Origin: Pseudomonadota bacterium
Lineage (GTDB): Bacteria; Bdellovibrionota_G; JALEGL01; DATDPG01
Length of the DNA: 64,000 nt
NCBI GenBank assembly: GCA_043809315.1
Contig: JAZDDX010000020.1
Span: forward strand, 64,001 to 128,000
Direction: 5' to 3'
Numbering within the stretch: position 1 is the first letter of the stretch; the number at the start of each line of letters is the position of its first letter. A program made the translations under genes and the position numbers. The notes under the pieces were generated by a model. That model was not told the origin of the DNA, ran no database searches, and saw only the letters and a program-made list of their open reading frames with translations. This document shows positions 1 through 8,258 of the stretch, in pieces.

Positions 1-189
1 TTCGAACCCCGTTAAGAGGGTCGAGTAGTAGTTTCGCGAGAGAACGGAGCTTGCGGAAACCCATCCGGTCTTCGTCTGCGCATGGAGGAGATGATCGATC
101 ACCGAGAAGTCATAATCGGAATGCGAGAGGGTGAGTGCGAACACCGAAACCGGGGCCAACAGAATGAAAAGAATGCCGAGTCTTTTCAT
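1..189 (-). CDS. Secreted hypothetical protein, partial (runs off left edge)
   Basis: ATG at 189 overlaps the TGA of the upstream ORF (ATGA). Reads MKRLGILFILLAPVSVFA..., signal-peptide-like, and is open to the window edge. Confidence 0.65.
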   Translation of the reverse strand, partial: MKRLGILFILLAPVSVFALTLSHSDYDFSVIDHLLHAQTKTGWVSASSVLSRNYYSTLLTGFE

Positions 190-452
190 TTCGCCGGCTC
201 CGGAGACTTGTTGGGAAGTTGCGGAAGCGCAGGAGCTTCCGGCCCGATGACCGCTTCGACAGGTAGAACTTTCGGTGGCGGCGCCACCGGTTTTTCCCGA
301 AGGGCGGAGTAGACCAATGCGCCAAGAAGGGCGAACGCCGTCACCGATGCGCCCCCCATCAGTGTGTATCGGACTTTGTTCTCGATCGACGCTCGGGACG
401 ATCCGGGGATCAGCAAGATCGCCGATACGAGAAGAGCGAAAAGCCTCGACAT
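186..452 (-). CDS. Small exported/membrane hypothetical protein with Pro-rich tail
   Basis: MSRLFALLVSAILLIPGSSRA signal-like N-terminus, a second hydrophobic segment and a Pro-rich C-terminus. Translationally coupled to the next gene. Confidence 0.6.
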   Translation of the reverse strand: MSRLFALLVSAILLIPGSSRASIENKVRYTLMGGASVTAFALLGALVYSALREKPVAPPPKVLPVEAVIGPEAPALPQLPNKSPEPAK

Positions 453-546
453 ATCGGGCTCTTGTATCATCGTTTTTCCGATCGGGCGAACGAAACAGTC
501 CCCGTTCCCGTGGCGGTCTAAGGACCAACCGTGTAATCTTATACAG

Positions 547-933
547 ATGGGACGGCATCCGAGGGTACAGGCGGTGATGACCGTCCTTTTTCTGTTTTTC
601 GTTCTCCCTTCTGCGACGGCTGGAGGCGACTGTCCCCGGAACGTTGCCCCGGAGATTTGTGCGGCGGCGGCTCAATTCCTGGCCGGCGCTTCGCCGGCAA
701 ATAGCCGGAGAATTCACATCGATGAGATCGGAATGATCCAGGTCTATTTACACGTGACGAAAGCGAGCTCGAAGCTCCAGAAGAATCTCTCCCGTCTTGG
801 TTTCCGGACGGATCTGTTCAACGCGAAACAGAGGATTTTCCAAGGATGGGCTCCGTCCCGCGAGATTCAGAAGATCGCGACTCTCCGCGATGTCGTTCGG
901 ATTACCCTTCCCCGCTATGCGGTGCTTCGATGA
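547..933 (+). CDS. Secreted stand-alone subtilase propeptide-like protein
   Basis: Signal-like N-terminus. The last 75 aa align ungapped (29/75 identical) with the prodomain of the adjacent S8 protease. TGA overlaps the protease ATG. Start could be 547 or 577. Confidence 0.75.
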   Translation: MGRHPRVQAVMTVLFLFFVLPSATAGGDCPRNVAPEICAAAAQFLAGASPANSRRIHIDEIGMIQVYLHVTKASSKLQKNLSRLGFRTDLFNAKQRIFQGWAPSREIQKIATLRDVVRITLPRYAVLR

Positions 934-3053
934 GCGGCCGTATTCTTGCTCTGGCTTTGGTGTTCTCCCTATCCCCCGCACTTCATGCGGGAGACGTGAG
1001 CGGTGCTTTCAACGCGATACGGACGCAGCTCCGCGCGCACGGCGTGACAAGAGCGAATCCACGGCCACGCCTCGCGGAGCAGCTGAGTACAAGGCGGGTG
1101 CATGTCAGCCCCGCCGGTGAGCTTCAGACGTACATCCAGGTTTCGCGTTGGAGTCGGGAGGATCAGGCGGCTCTGCGCGCGCGGCATGTCCGCGTCGATC
1201 TCTCGAACTTGAATCTCGGAATCGTTCAGGCTTGGATTCCCAACGAGGAGATCGATCGGGTCGCTTCTCTCTCGTTCGTTCGCAACATTCGACCGCCGAA
1301 ATACCCCGTACTTCGCACCGGGGGAACGATGACCGAGGGGGATGCGGTCGTTCGGGGGGATATCCTCCGGGCTTCCGGCTTCACCGGAAGTCACGCGAGG
1401 GTCGGGGTGATCTCGGACGGCGTCGACAACCTCGCCGAATCGGTCGCCTCCGGCGATCTCCCGTCCGGAATCACGACGCACGGCACATGCACCATGCCGA
1501 CCACTTGTAACGAGGGGACGGCGATCCTCGAAATCATTCACGACATCGCCCCCGGGGCAGCCCTTTCGTTCGGCGCGGTTGGAACCGACCTCGAATTCAT
1601 TCAACGCCTGGACGATCTCGAGGCGGACAACTGCCAGATCATCATCGACGACCTCGGCTTCTATGACGAACCGGTATTCGAAGACGGTCAGATCGCCCTG
1701 GCGGTGAAAGCCAAGACCGACAGCGGGATCATCTATGTTTCTTCGGCCGGAAACGACGGCGAGAGCTCGTATCAGGCCGATTTCAATAATAACGGTGGAT
1801 ATCACGACTTTGGCGTAACGGCTGGAGAGACATCCGATCTCGGGATGAAGGTGTTCCTCCCCGCCGGCGGATGGTTCGATGTTTATTTTCAGTGGAACGA
1901 CAAGTTCGGAACGGGGGTCGTGAACGACTACACACTGGAGTTTCGTATCAACGGAACCCCAATCCCAACGCCGACCCCGATCCCCACGACAACCACCACT
2001 CCTACCCCGACGCCGATCGAAAATCCCTTGAGAATCGTGACTTTTCCCTACAACACGACCTACCCATCGGTTCAACACGTGGAAGTCCGCGTGAAGAAAC
2101 TCTCCGGCGCCGACCGGCGGATCCAGCTCTTCTTCATGGGGTATGGATACCCCGAGGAATACGTCACACCGCAGGGAAGCATTTTCGGCCATCCTGCGAT
2201 CGCCGACGTTCTCGCCGTCGGAGCGATCCGCTACAGCACGCCGACACAGATCGAGTACTTCAGCTCTCTGGGCCCGAGCCTGATCTATTACGACAACACG
2301 GTCGCCCCCAGCGGGACGCCAACGCCGTTCCCGACGCCGACCATTCGCGCCAAGCCGGACGTCGCCGGAATCGATGGCGTCTCGGTTTCCGGTGCGGGCG
2401 AATTCCACACCCCGTTCTACGGAACTTCAGCCGCCGCCCCGCACGTCGCGGCGGTTGCCGCCCTCCTCTACGATCCGGACATTTCGACCGACAAGATAGC
2501 GATCCGGAACGCGATCCGACAGAGCGCCGTCGATCTTGGAACTGCCGGATTCGATAACACGTACGGATACGGCCGCGTCGATGCCGGGAGAGCTGCCGCG
2601 TATCTCCTCGGCGATCAAACGAATCCGGATTCCACGATCACATCACCGACCGGCGACGTCACGATCGCACAGCACGATTCCGTGACATTCGAAGGAAGCT
2701 GTACCGACGCGACCTCCACCGCACACATGACTTACGACTGGTCGTTCAGCGCAGGTTCCGGAATTCTCGCTTCGACGGCTGAGAGCCCGGGGGCCGTCAC
2801 GTTCGCTGCCGTCGGAACGTTCCCGGTCACGTTCACCTGCACCGACCAGGTCGGGAATGTCGACCCCACTCCTGCGACGGTTCACGTGACCGTGACGGGG
2901 GTCGGAACGCCGACCCCGACACCCACCCCCGCATCCTCGGGTGGATCCTCGGGCGGGTGTGCCGCAGGTGCCAAAGGATCCCAATTGACTTTTCTCGCTC
3001 TCGCGTTGGTGGGGCTGCTTTTGCTGCGGAAACGCCGGCTGTTCTCCCCCTGA
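930..3053 (+). CDS. Secreted S8/S53-like serine peptidase with PKD-like domain and Cys-containing C-terminal sorting tail
   Basis: Signal peptide; motifs VGVISDG, NEGTAILEIIHDIAPGA, SSAGN, KPDVAGIDG, GTSAAAPHVAA, GYGRVDA; Pro/Thr linkers; ends GGSSGGC + hydrophobic helix + RKRR. Confidence 0.9.
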   Translation: MSGRILALALVFSLSPALHAGDVSGAFNAIRTQLRAHGVTRANPRPRLAEQLSTRRVHVSPAGELQTYIQVSRWSREDQAALRARHVRVDLSNLNLGIVQAWIPNEEIDRVASLSFVRNIRPPKYPVLRTGGTMTEGDAVVRGDILRASGFTGSHARVGVISDGVDNLAESVASGDLPSGITTHGTCTMPTTCNEGTAILEIIHDIAPGAALSFGAVGTDLEFIQRLDDLEADNCQIIIDDLGFYDEPVFEDGQIALAVKAKTDSGIIYVSSAGNDGESSYQADFNNNGGYHDFGVTAGETSDLGMKVFLPAGGWFDVYFQWNDKFGTGVVNDYTLEFRINGTPIPTPTPIPTTTTTPTPTPIENPLRIVTFPYNTTYPSVQHVEVRVKKLSGADRRIQLFFMGYGYPEEYVTPQGSIFGHPAIADVLAVGAIRYSTPTQIEYFSSLGPSLIYYDNTVAPSGTPTPFPTPTIRAKPDVAGIDGVSVSGAGEFHTPFYGTSAAAPHVAAVAALLYDPDISTDKIAIRNAIRQSAVDLGTAGFDNTYGYGRVDAGRAAAYLLGDQTNPDSTITSPTGDVTIAQHDSVTFEGSCTDATSTAHMTYDWSFSAGSGILASTAESPGAVTFAAVGTFPVTFTCTDQVGNVDPTPATVHVTVTGVGTPTPTPTPASSGGSSGGCAAGAKGSQLTFLALALVGLLLLRKRRLFSP

Positions 3054-3059
3054 TTCGGA

Positions 3060-3350
3060 CTACCAACCGTACGAGAAACCGAAGTCGCCGTCCGAATCGA
3101 TCCGGATCCGCCATTCCGGTTCCTCGCGGCGATAGATTCGCTCGCGCACGACCGGGGCGTAGTAGTACGGCCGATAATGCGGTCGGTGCCAGTACGGGTT
3201 GACCACCACCGGACGGCTGTAGGGATCCCAGCCTCCGTGGCCGTACCTTCCGTGGCGCCGGCCATGATCGGCGAACGCCGATGGGACCGCGGCGCCAAAC
3301 ACAATCAGAAGTGTGAGAGCGAAAACGATTTTTCCGAATCTCGATTTCAT
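3060..3350 (-). CDS. Small secreted His/Arg/Tyr/Pro-rich protein
   Basis: AAGGA RBS; signal peptide ending PSAFA; mature part DHGRRHGRYGHGG...YRPYYYAP...FGFSYGW. Confidence 0.75.
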   Translation of the reverse strand: MKSRFGKIVFALTLLIVFGAAVPSAFADHGRRHGRYGHGGWDPYSRPVVVNPYWHRPHYRPYYYAPVVRERIYRREEPEWRIRIDSDGDFGFSYGW

Positions 3351-3381
3351 GGGGACATTTCCTTTCTTCATGACGGCTCCC

Positions 3382-3415
3382 ACAATACGGCACCCCCCCT
3401 GAACGGAAGCTGAAT
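3382..3415 (-). promoter_or_regulatory. PhoP-box-like direct repeat plus -10 element
   Basis: Minus strand ATTCAG-CTTCC-GTTCAG (3415-3399), then 11 nt, then TATTGT. Same geometry as the site at 7467-7501. Confidence 0.65.
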
Positions 3416-3483
3416 GCCCGTTGGGGCATTGCCATCTCGGGTCGGGTACCGCCGCCCCATGGAACATTTTAAGATTCATATGA

Positions 3484-3514
3484 TATCAATAAGTTATGAT
3501 GGCATAGCCATTGC
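3484..3514 (+). promoter_or_regulatory. Sigma54-type -24/-12 promoter with adjacent IHF site
   Basis: TATCAATAAGTTA (3484-3496) matches WATCAANNNNTTR. TGGCATAGCCATTGC (3500-3514) has GG-N10-GC spacing. Confidence 0.65.
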
Positions 3515-3527
3515 GTTACTTGCACTC

Positions 3528-4154
3528 ATGTTCAAGAATATGATCTCCTTCGGAACCCTCCTTTTTGCGCTCTTCTTCGCGTTCCCCTCGTACGCCCAGC
3601 AGGCCAAACCGTCCGACGCGTACTGCATCGCCTTGGGGGTCTTCATCGAAGCCGCGCAGAGCAACAAGATCTTGCTCGACTATATGCTCGACAATCCTCC
3701 GAAACCGTTTCAAGCCGACTCCACGCGTGCTGGCCTGGGAGTCCTTACGGCGGTCTGGCACAAAAGGCTCGAGGCCGCCGAGGACCTTTGGCAGGGCGAA
3801 GATCAATGCCCGAAAGCGAATGGACAGAAGGGCTCACTCCTTTTCAACACCCTGCGGTCGTTCATCATCAACTCCCACGCGATCGTCGAGAACGACTTAA
3901 GCGCCGAGGATAGATGCCTCGCCGCTTCATTCATGCACTACTTGTTCGAAAACGATCGGTGGATCAGCAAGAGCCGATCCTACTTTGAGAACTTCAACAT
4001 TGAGGCCTATCGGGCACCGACCAAACTGAAGGACATTATCGTCTACCTGAATCAAACCGTGAAGACCTGCCCGGCTTCCACGCGGCAGATCGGATCGGAT
4101 ATCGCACAGGAGTTATTGAAGCTTCGGGCTGAAAACTGGCAGTCGAGCGAATGA
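3528..4154 (+). CDS. Secreted hypothetical protein
   Basis: Signal peptide ending FPSYA; several Cys; no family recognised. Start could be 3528 or 3540. Confidence 0.7.
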   Translation: MFKNMISFGTLLFALFFAFPSYAQQAKPSDAYCIALGVFIEAAQSNKILLDYMLDNPPKPFQADSTRAGLGVLTAVWHKRLEAAEDLWQGEDQCPKANGQKGSLLFNTLRSFIINSHAIVENDLSAEDRCLAASFMHYLFENDRWISKSRSYFENFNIEAYRAPTKLKDIIVYLNQTVKTCPASTRQIGSDIAQELLKLRAENWQSSE

Positions 4155-4648
4155 GAACGATCCTGACCGCCCTCTTTCTTCTCGCCTCTCTCTCGCTCGG
4201 GTGGAGTCCGGGAGCTTCGGCGCAGGATACCGTCCCACCCAGCAAGGTATTCGAATTTCTCCTCAAGGGGCTTAAGGCGGTCCGGGACAACGCCGGAAAA
4301 CCGGGAGTGCAGGTTTTCGCTCTGACCCTGAGCGAACGGGAAGATTCTGCTGCTGCTTCCAAGATCGTAAACAAACTCGAAGAAGCCAAGGTGAGCGTCG
4401 GCCAGCGACCTCTGACCTTCCTGATGTCGTACAAAACCCCTCTCCCGAAACCGAAATCGGAGCTTTTCATCCCCCTCGAAGACTCGTTGAAGAAGGCCGG
4501 CATCGACGATTATTCGATCTGGAGTGTCTTCGGATGCGTTGCAAACTGCACGCGAGGCAATTCGCTCGACTCGTCTGAAGTGATTGCGTTACGCCACGAG
4601 CTCTTGATGAAGGCGCGGGAAGAGCTCAAGGCCAAGAAGCCGAATTAG
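4151..4648 (+). CDS. Secreted hypothetical protein
   Basis: ATGA overlap with the previous gene; signal peptide ending GASA; CxxxC motif near the C-terminus. Confidence 0.7.
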   Translation: MRTILTALFLLASLSLGWSPGASAQDTVPPSKVFEFLLKGLKAVRDNAGKPGVQVFALTLSEREDSAAASKIVNKLEEAKVSVGQRPLTFLMSYKTPLPKPKSELFIPLEDSLKKAGIDDYSIWSVFGCVANCTRGNSLDSSEVIALRHELLMKAREELKAKKPN

Positions 4649-5943
4649 ATCGGAATCGAGAGGGAGACCTTTCCCCCTCCAGAGCCGCTCTCACCCAACT
4701 CGAGTTCCCCTTCGTAGAGATGCACGATCTCCGCGACGACCGCCAAGCCGATCCCCTCCCCCGCCACACGCCGATCGGCCCGCACACCGCGCCTCAAAAG
4801 CTCCCCGCGGTTCTCTTTCGGGAACCCGGGGCCGTCATCCTCGACCGTGATCCTCATCCGACCGATATCGACGGTCCCCGAGATCGCAACTCGCCCCTTG
4901 CACCACTTGGCCGCGTTGTCGAGCAGGTTCCCGAAGATCTCCATCAAATCCCCTTCGTCGACCGGCACCGCGACGGTCTCTTCAACCCGGTTCTCGAACT
5001 CGACCCCCTTTTCCCGGTAGACCTTCGAAAGCGCCGAGATCAACTTCCCCGCCACCCCCTTCGCCTCGATCCGTTGCGTGAACGCCGTCCTCCCGACCGT
5101 CGACGCCTTGCGGACCTGATAATCCAGGATCGTCGAGATCTGTTCGATCGGCCCCGCTTGACGCTCATCCCCCGCCGCCCGGAGCGCCGCTAGAGGCGTT
5201 TTCAAACTATGGGCCAGATCGTCGAGCGCGTGGCGGAACCTTTTCTGCTGTCCCCGCTCGTGTCGGAGAAGAGAGTTCAACCCCTCGGCCAGCGGATGAA
5301 GCTCGTGCGGCAGTCCGGTCCCGACCCCTTCCCGGTTTCCGGCACGGATTTCGTCGAGTTCATTCACGACTCTCTTCAACGGCCTCAGAACCCAATTCAA
5401 GAGAGCAAGCAACGTGATCAGAAGCAGGACGAAGGCACCGATCAACCAGTGAACGAGGGTTCCGTGAAAAATTCGGAGCTGATGAGAGTACTGCGCCCCA
5501 TTCTCGCGGACGTAGATCGTGAACTTCCGGCTCTTCTCCGGTTCCGTCGCCCACGACACTCCGAATCCGAGCAGAAATTCCGGTGATGGGGAGAAAGTCC
5601 ACTGCCCCGTTTCGACCGGTCCAGCGGGGAACGCTTGCCGGTTCTCCATCGACGGGGAGTTCCAGATCACCGCGCCATCCTCGCCAACGACGAGCGCTTC
5701 CAGCCCCGACCCTTTCGAGAAGAACCGTTGTTCCTGCACCGTCATCTCGTTTAAGACGAGCGGGCCGTCCGGCTTGGCGTCGATCGAACCGAGAAGGGCA
5801 TAGACCAGCCCCTTCATCTTCTCTTCCTGGGCCGAAACGGCGCTGGCGTGGAACGACCGGTTCAGCGCGACAAAGACCGAGAACCCGAAGACGGTGAGGA
5901 TCACGGTACCGGCGACGATCAGGCGGGAGCGAAGCGACTTCAT
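4645..5943 (-). CDS. Membrane sensor histidine kinase, PhoQ/CarS-like
   Basis: Two TM segments, HAMP region, H-box LAHSLKTPL, N-box GNLLDNAAKW, G1 VEDDGPG, G2 GIGLAVV. Confidence 0.92.
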   Translation of the reverse strand: MKSLRSRLIVAGTVILTVFGFSVFVALNRSFHASAVSAQEEKMKGLVYALLGSIDAKPDGPLVLNEMTVQEQRFFSKGSGLEALVVGEDGAVIWNSPSMENRQAFPAGPVETGQWTFSPSPEFLLGFGVSWATEPEKSRKFTIYVRENGAQYSHQLRIFHGTLVHWLIGAFVLLLITLLALLNWVLRPLKRVVNELDEIRAGNREGVGTGLPHELHPLAEGLNSLLRHERGQQKRFRHALDDLAHSLKTPLAALRAAGDERQAGPIEQISTILDYQVRKASTVGRTAFTQRIEAKGVAGKLISALSKVYREKGVEFENRVEETVAVPVDEGDLMEIFGNLLDNAAKWCKGRVAISGTVDIGRMRITVEDDGPGFPKENRGELLRRGVRADRRVAGEGIGLAVVAEIVHLYEGELELGESGSGGGKVSLSIPI

Positions 5944-5946
5944 GAC

Positions 5947-6633
5947 TTAGGGCGCCGGCGTGCGCTCCAGCGTAAAGCGATAACCCCGCCCCCGCAGCGT
6001 TTCGATCGGATGGATTTTTTCGTCGGGATCGAGCTTCTTCCGCAGGCGCCCGATCAGAACCTCGAGAACGTTGCTGTCCCGCTCGGAATCCTCCGAATAG
6101 ATGTGTTCGGTGAGGTCCGTCTTCGAGACCACCCGGCCGGCGTGAAGCATCAGGTACTCGAGAACTTTGTACTCGAACGCAGTCAGCTCGATCGATTTTC
6201 CGCGGACCGTGACCGCCTGTCCGGCCGGATCGAGGGAAACCGGTCCGCAGGTCAGAATCCCCTGCGCCCAGCCGGCAGAGCGCCGGAGGAGCGCCCGCAT
6301 CCGAGCGAACAGCTCCTCCATCTGGAACGGCTTCACGACGTAGTCGTCCGCTCCCGCTTCCAACCCTTCTACTTTTTCCTGCCACCGGTTGTGGGCGGTC
6401 AGGATCAGGATCGGAAACTTCTTCCCTTGCGAGCGGGTCTTCCGGATCACCTCGAGCCCAGAAAGCTTCGGCAGACCGAGATCGACGATCGCGAGGTCGA
6501 GCGGATACTCCGTGGCGTAGTGAAGCCCCTCCTCACCGTCGGCGGCGACATCGACCGCGTACCCTTCCTTTTTCAGGCGCGTGGCTACTTCCGATAGAAG
6601 CGTCGGGTCATCCTCGATGAATAGGATCCGCAT
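5947..6633 (-). CDS. OmpR-family response regulator, PhoP-like
   Basis: MRILFIEDD, DLGLP (phosphoacceptor), GADDYVVKPF, winged helix ending IETLRGRGY. Confidence 0.93.
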   Translation of the reverse strand: MRILFIEDDPTLLSEVATRLKKEGYAVDVAADGEEGLHYATEYPLDLAIVDLGLPKLSGLEVIRKTRSQGKKFPILILTAHNRWQEKVEGLEAGADDYVVKPFQMEELFARMRALLRRSAGWAQGILTCGPVSLDPAGQAVTVRGKSIELTAFEYKVLEYLMLHAGRVVSKTDLTEHIYSEDSERDSNVLEVLIGRLRKKLDPDEKIHPIETLRGRGYRFTLERTPAP

Positions 6634-6635
6634 CT

Positions 6636-6905
6636 TCACTCACCAGCGGAGGCGTCGACGTTCACGATCCGGACCTTCCCGTTCTGAAGCATCTTGATCC
6701 GGTAGTGGGCTCTCCCTCCTCCGTCCTGGATGAGATCGACGGAGAGAACTCTGCCTTCATTCTGACGCCGGGCTTCTTGCGCCGCCTGTCCGGGGGAGAC
6801 GAATCTTCTTCCTTTCCCGTGGATCGAGTGCCAACCCTGTGCGGAAGCGCTTCCGAAAGCCCCCAGGAGGACCAACAGCGGGACGATCGTGCGCCAACGG
6901 TTCAT
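6636..6905 (-). CDS. Small secreted PepSY-like protein
   Basis: Signal peptide; pattern GRVLSVDL...YRIKML.NGKVRIVNVDA; position upstream of an RR-HK pair is typical. Confidence 0.75.
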   Translation of the reverse strand: MNRWRTIVPLLVLLGAFGSASAQGWHSIHGKGRRFVSPGQAAQEARRQNEGRVLSVDLIQDGGGRAHYRIKMLQNGKVRIVNVDASAGE

Positions 6906-6911
6906 ACCCTC

Positions 6912-7460
6912 CTATGGTGCCATGGGATCGACGGTGACGCGAACCCTAATTCGGTTGTCGGGACGATACGGCAGATGCGCGTGGTAGATCTCCCCGCGGT
7001 ATTCGTAGTCGACGTAATACCCGTCAATTCGCTCCTCGGTCCGAGAATGATTGATGGTCCGGCACTCCCGGACGTTGCGGACCTCCTCGTTCGAGCTGCG
7101 CCGGTTTGCACGGTCTGCAGACGACCCGCCGATGAAGGCTCCCAACGCCGCCCCCCCGACCGTAGTTGCGGGGCGGGCGTGTCCTCGTCCGAGGAGCGCC
7201 CCGAAAGCCCCTCCGATCAGACCGCCGGCGATCGCCGACCCTGCGACGGAGCGACCCCCTCCTTCGTGGATCACCTGGACCTCCCGGTCCCGGCACTCTT
7301 CTTCCGGCGACCAGAGATCGACCTGACGGATCAACGGCTCGACGCGGATGACGCGCGCCCAGTCGTAGGAGGATTCCCGAAGTTCAAACGGATCGGCATA
7401 GGCCGGAAACGGAAGCCCTGCCATTCCGATGACGAGGAACATCGCGATCGTTCTTTTCAT
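6912..7460 (-). CDS. Glycine-zipper 2TM exported protein (YcfJ-like)
   Basis: Motifs ARVIRVEP...EEC, GGLIGGAFG...ATTVGGAALGAFIG, C..+ GYYVDYEYRG. Confidence 0.85.
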   Translation of the reverse strand: MKRTIAMFLVIGMAGLPFPAYADPFELRESSYDWARVIRVEPLIRQVDLWSPEEECRDREVQVIHEGGGRSVAGSAIAGGLIGGAFGALLGRGHARPATTVGGAALGAFIGGSSADRANRRSSNEEVRNVRECRTINHSRTEERIDGYYVDYEYRGEIYHAHLPYRPDNRIRVRVTVDPMAP

Positions 7461-7466
7461 GAGTCC

Positions 7467-7501
7467 ACTCTACGAAACGATGGCTGAATGAAAGCTGAAC
7501 G
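7467..7501 (-). promoter_or_regulatory. PhoP-box-like direct repeat plus -10 element for the ycfJ-pepSY-RR-HK operon
   Basis: Minus strand CGTTCAG-CTTTC-ATTCAG (7501-7484), then 11 nt, then TAGAGT. The ATG lies 6 nt further on. Confidence 0.7.
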
Positions 7502-7537
7502 GTTGACAGCCTCGCCGGGATCGGCTGTATTTCGCTT

Positions 7538-7630
7538 CATCCAGCCGGGGAGCTGCCGAAAAGGCGGCTGAGAGGTCCGTGACCGGGCGACCCTACGAAC
7601 TTGATCCAGATAATGCTGGCGAAAGGAGAT
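7538..7630 (+). ncRNA. TPP riboswitch
   Basis: Conserved segments GGGGAGC...GCTGAGAG...ACCC...GAACTTGAT-CCAG-ATAATG-CTGG-CGAAAGGA. Directly upstream of thiamine diphosphokinase; the 3' strand of P1 overlaps the GGAG RBS. Confidence 0.92.
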
Positions 7631-7637
7631 TCACGGA

Positions 7638-8258
7638 ATGCCCAAACGCGCTCTCGTCGTCTTGAACGGCGAGCCTCCTTCGAAGCCGCTGCTCCGTCAC
7701 CTCTGCTCGGACGCGGACCTTGTTGTCGCCGCCGATGGAGGAGCGAACGTTCTTCATCGATACCGACTCTCCCCCGATGTCGTGATCGGCGACCTCGATT
7801 CGATCCGTCCGGTCACGCGAAAACGATTCGCGAGTGCCGCGTTTTTTCACGTCCCCGATCAGAACTCGACCGACTTCGAGAAAGCCCTCGAATTTCTGAA
7901 ACGGATTCAGATTCGTGACGTCGTCGTCGCCGGCGCGACCGGCCGCCGGATCGATTTCACTCTGGGAAACTTCGTTTCGCTCTGGAAATACCTGCCTCGA
8001 CTCCGGCCGACGCTGGTCGGCGACGGATGGGAAGGGATGCCGGTCGTGCGACGGCTCGATCTCTCCCCGCCGGTCGGAACAACCGTCAGCCTGATCCCGT
8101 TCTCCCGCTGTACCGGCGTCACGCTCCGCGGCTTCCGATACCCGCTTCGGGGCGCGACCTTGAGCTACGGGTCGCTCGCCGTTAGTAACATGAGCGAATC
8201 GAGACGCTGCTCCATCTCCCTCCGCTCCGGAAAACTCCTCGCGATCGTCCTCCGATGA
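7638..8258 (+). CDS. thiN: Thiamine diphosphokinase
   Basis: Motifs VAADGGAN, IGDLDSI, DQNSTDFEKAL, GATGRRIDF, GFRYPL, VSN. Confidence 0.93.
   Translation: MPKRALVVLNGEPPSKPLLRHLCSDADLVVAADGGANVLHRYRLSPDVVIGDLDSIRPVTRKRFASAAFFHVPDQNSTDFEKALEFLKRIQIRDVVVAGATGRRIDFTLGNFVSLWKYLPRLRPTLVGDGWEGMPVVRRLDLSPPVGTTVSLIPFSRCTGVTLRGFRYPLRGATLSYGSLAVSNMSESRRCSISLRSGKLLAIVLR

Noticed and set aside
1957-2015. Short tandem repeat-like DNA (CCGACCCCGA...)
   Set aside because: Encodes Pro/Thr linkers; there is no repeat-spacer structure, so it is not CRISPR.
969-2408. Long antisense ORFs (also 13888-15288, 25503-27089, 35036-36427, 58986-60290 and others)
   Set aside because: They lie opposite well-supported genes and have no motifs; expected shadows of GC-rich codon usage.
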